A stretch of DNA of 64,000 nt, taken from NCBI RefSeq assembly GCF_000485595.1, contig NW_014577084.1:493149-557148 (forward strand). The letters are read 5' to 3'. Both the position numbers and the translations under genes were made by a program. How positions within the stretch are numbered: position 1 is the first letter of the stretch; each line of letters opens with the position of its first letter. The DNA is from Priapulus caudatus (taxonomy: Eukaryota). Under the pieces are notes generated by a model. That model saw only the letters and a program-made list of their open reading frames with translations, made no database searches and had not been told where the DNA came from. Positions 60,713 through 64,000 of the stretch are shown one piece after another.

Positions 60713-61416
60713 AGGCATAATTCGACCATTCCCGATTATGCACAAGGTGACGAATGCTACGTAACTGGACCTTGTGTAGTTAATAAGTACATTATTATAA
60801 GCAAAGCGTATTATTTGTCCAATATGCACTGCTGGTTACTAAGAAATGTTCTAATGAAATCGCCGTCAAGAAAATCGGTTGTGCAGCTTACAAAACCGGC
60901 CATGCGGCCGTAACGGACCGTAACCGGCGAGCTCTGGTGTTTACAGATTATAGATGCACCGCATTTTCGACACGATCTCTCGGCCTTCCAGTTGATTTCG
61001 ATCCTTGTAGTCTGAGTGCGCATTCCGTACGTTTATGGTTTACTCTTGGATTCGGCAATAAATGAATTACGAAGTTCTTCTGAGATTACAAGTACATAAA
61101 TATGTGGCAACTAGGGCAAACTAATAACACTAGGCAAACAATTACCCGCCGCGACAAACAATTCTATGCTCAACATCCTGTAGCAACCATGTGAGTCACC
61201 GAACCGAACTCGCATGTTTATTTGTGAGTAATAAATTTAGCTTGTCGCCAGATTACCAAAATTACGATTTCATTAGAATTTCTTAGTAATTACAGTGATA
61301 TTGGATACAAACTAATACGCGTTGGCCTCATAAGTAATACTTATTAGATACACAAGGTGCCCAGTTACGGTAGCATTCCGTCAACTTTGCATAATCGATG
61401 GTCGAAATTATGGCCT
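60713..61416. mobile_element. Kolobok-like TIR element nested in another Kolobok-like element (~60670-61946)
   Basis: TTAA|AGGCATAATTCGACCAT...ATGGTCGAAATTATGGCCT; host sequence resumes at about 61420. Confidence 0.65.
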
Positions 61417-61974
61417 TTATTTAGGTTAAAATTACGCTACATAAAAAGTTGCATGCGTTCATCACATTGAGAAATATATTAAAAAATGTTCTGAAAACTA
61501 CACGACTACAGTTTGATTACAAGCGACGGCTGGCGCCACTCAAAGCGCACGATCTGATAAGTTGCGCCAAAACCACTTCAGCCATAGGGCTACAGACCGA
61601 GGGTGTTTCTATTGACTTCATTTGAAGCCAAAGGCGATTGTACGTATTATATAACGACAGCATTTAGATGTATAGTATATAATGGCGACTTTTGTGATAG
61701 CCTCCGTCAGTAACCGTGCAAAATAAATTGGCAAATATACGCAACTTTTTCAGGTGCACGCAGCACGCGTCGCGGGTGTCATGGCGCTGTTCAATTCATA
61801 GCGTTGATGTGCTAATTATTATAACAATTAAATTTAGGTATCGTTTTGGTAATGAAATACTGTGTGGGTATAGAGTCTATAAGACGGATTTGTTATACAG
61901 TAAAGGTACAGTTGTATGCAGTAAATGTTAGAGTCTACTATCCCCTTTAATTGCGCACCCAGCTTCTTAGTTAT

Positions 61975-63150
61975 AAGCTCATCGAATAGTCAGATGCGAG
62001 CTTGTCAGATCGCATGTCGTCGTGCGTGCCGCTGCGTGCACGTCGTGCGTCCGTGAGTCGTCGTCAACGTTGGGCACAGAATCTTAACGCCGCGTACGGG
62101 TCACGATCTTCGGGACGTGGGGGTAATCCGAAGAACGAGTGGGGATGTGTCGAAGACTGGGGGTCAAGGTCAAAGGCTCAGAGGTGTGAAAGAAGGGGGA
62201 ACATTCACTCCTTAAACTCTAAGTATTCGCGGAGAAAATGCAGAATTGCCGGCACAAAATCTAAACGGCTCGACCTAGGCTCGTGATAGTCGGTTGTATA
62301 GCCATTCACTGGTAGAAAAGCCATCACTGTGCCGAAATTGGAGGTCACAGGTCAAGGTCAATGGGCACGGCCGATTTTAGACATTCTTCTGAGAACATGG
62401 TCTGACGGAGCGATTGAAAAACTTTTTTGTTTAGGCGTGACTAGCATTTTTTATGGCCATTATTGAAAGGACCATGAATCTCTTTCTGTGACTGCGAAAG
62501 TAAGATGTCACTCATAACCTTTTGACCTCAAGAGGAGGGTTAAAACTGGATCTTGTTGACTGTTATGTTTAGAAAGAACTTTTGACTGCCGCGGTTTGCT
62601 GAGTAGAATCTATACAATTGCCTGGATGTATGAGGCTACAAGGTCACAAGCTGAAATCTTCAAAAGCTAATTTGGTTAAAGAAGGTTTATGCCTCCTTAA
62701 TCGATTATAATTTCATGGCATTCTGTACTGTCAGTATTGTTACGATGTAACGTATGCCACTGCCAGTGGCTCACTGCCAGATGTGTTGTGTACTGTGAGT
62801 TTTCCTGGTTAATTGGTTACAGGTGGCAGCTCTCTTTTGCAGCCTGTGCTTGCGTAGGTAAATCGGTGAGTGTTACCTATTCTGTCTTGCAGATAGTTGA
62901 TTGCGACTTACGTAGGATGGGGCTTCATCTTAATTCTGTAAATATAAACGTCACGCACATCTCGTGCAACTTTTCATAACGTCCCACGAACCATTCTTTT
63001 GAGAAGGTTCCTGATACCATGCCCTGTCGCATTCACTGTTTCGGCGGTTGTGAAACACATTTTGGCGCTAACAGGGTTTACTAGAATGCCCACCACTCCA
63101 CCACAGAGTCCGCAGTAGACGTTAGATAGCGCTGTCGCCGCGCACTTGTT
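61975..63150. mobile_element. Full-length HINE-like copy, inverted relative to 29886-31310
   Basis: Reverse-complement similarity along its whole length (noisy sequence). Confidence 0.72.
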
Positions 63151-64000
63151 TATTGGGACCCGAGCTGTATGTACCTGTTCTACGTACTTCAACGATAAAA
63201 ATTGTTTTATGTCATTTCCGTGTTTGTTTCGTGGAGGCTTTTGCAACAGCAGCCGCTGCTGCCAATAGCATATTGTTGGTGCTCAAAATAAGGCAGACAT
63301 GCAATGTATTTTATCAATAATAATAATTGCCCCTGGCCCTATGGCTATACAACAAAAACTATTCCTATTTTGGAGCAGGCCACGGCCGTGCTTTTACGTG
63401 CCCATGGAAAACCACGTATCAGTCCAGGCTGCTCAATGTAGTTACTGGTGGTATGTGTTATATAACAGGCTGCCACACACCCTATGCGTGTGCTAGACCC
63501 ATCAGCATACATATATAAGTCTTACAAAGACACACAAACATATTGCAATCGTCCTGTAGCATGGATTTTCATGCTTAATTTCACTTTAATAAACGTCTAT
63601 TTAAGAAAATGTCTTCGAGGTAAGAATTCCTTGCACTTGTTAACTTTAGTGATTAAATGCCGTACACAATAACAACTTAGTGCTGTTGTACGTAAGGAAA
63701 TACAGTAAATAGATAACCATGATCGTCCTTTGCAGTATTTAAAGCCAGTATCAATTGGCATATATTGTTAGTTTAATCCGCTCGTCTTAAAGCTTCTAGT
63801 ATATTTAGTCCTATATTACCGATTCAGCTTAGAACATCGCTGCTACGATGATGCTACAAATCCAGATTTCCTAATTTTATTATATCACATTTTGTTTGCA
63901 ATTTTTAGTTTTTCCTATTGCCTATTGATAGTTTGATACGCTAGCTTTTGTTTATTTCTTTGTAGCTCTGGCTGAGCCCTCTAGCGTCGGTTTGCAAAAA

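Overview
Eukaryotic (invertebrate animal) genomic DNA with spliceosomal introns, three protein-coding genes and many non-autonomous DNA transposons. (1) On the minus strand, from 23300 to beyond position 1, is a secreted multidomain cysteine-rich protease-inhibitor-like gene. I reconstructed it by hand as 26 phase-compatible exons giving at least 1564 aa in the window: signal peptide, 7 Kazal, 4 WAP, 2 thyroglobulin type-1, 9 antistasin, 3 Kunitz, 2 lustrin/WR1-like and 3 unassigned six-Cys modules. (2) On the minus strand at 34791-36448 is RPS27A (ubiquitin-eS31 fusion), whose ubiquitin has Cys at position 22. (3) On the plus strand from 38523 is TTC7 (TPR scaffold of the PI4KA complex), head-to-head with RPS27A. 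From about 48.5 kb onward, TTC7 exons 12-15 appear out of order and as indel-ridden copies around 25-N gaps, most likely long-read gap-filling artefacts. Introns and intergenic DNA hold hAT-, Kolobok-, P-, Harbinger- and Helentron-like elements, LTR and LINE remnants, and micro- and minisatellites. All domain and family assignments come from motif recognition by eye; no database search was run.
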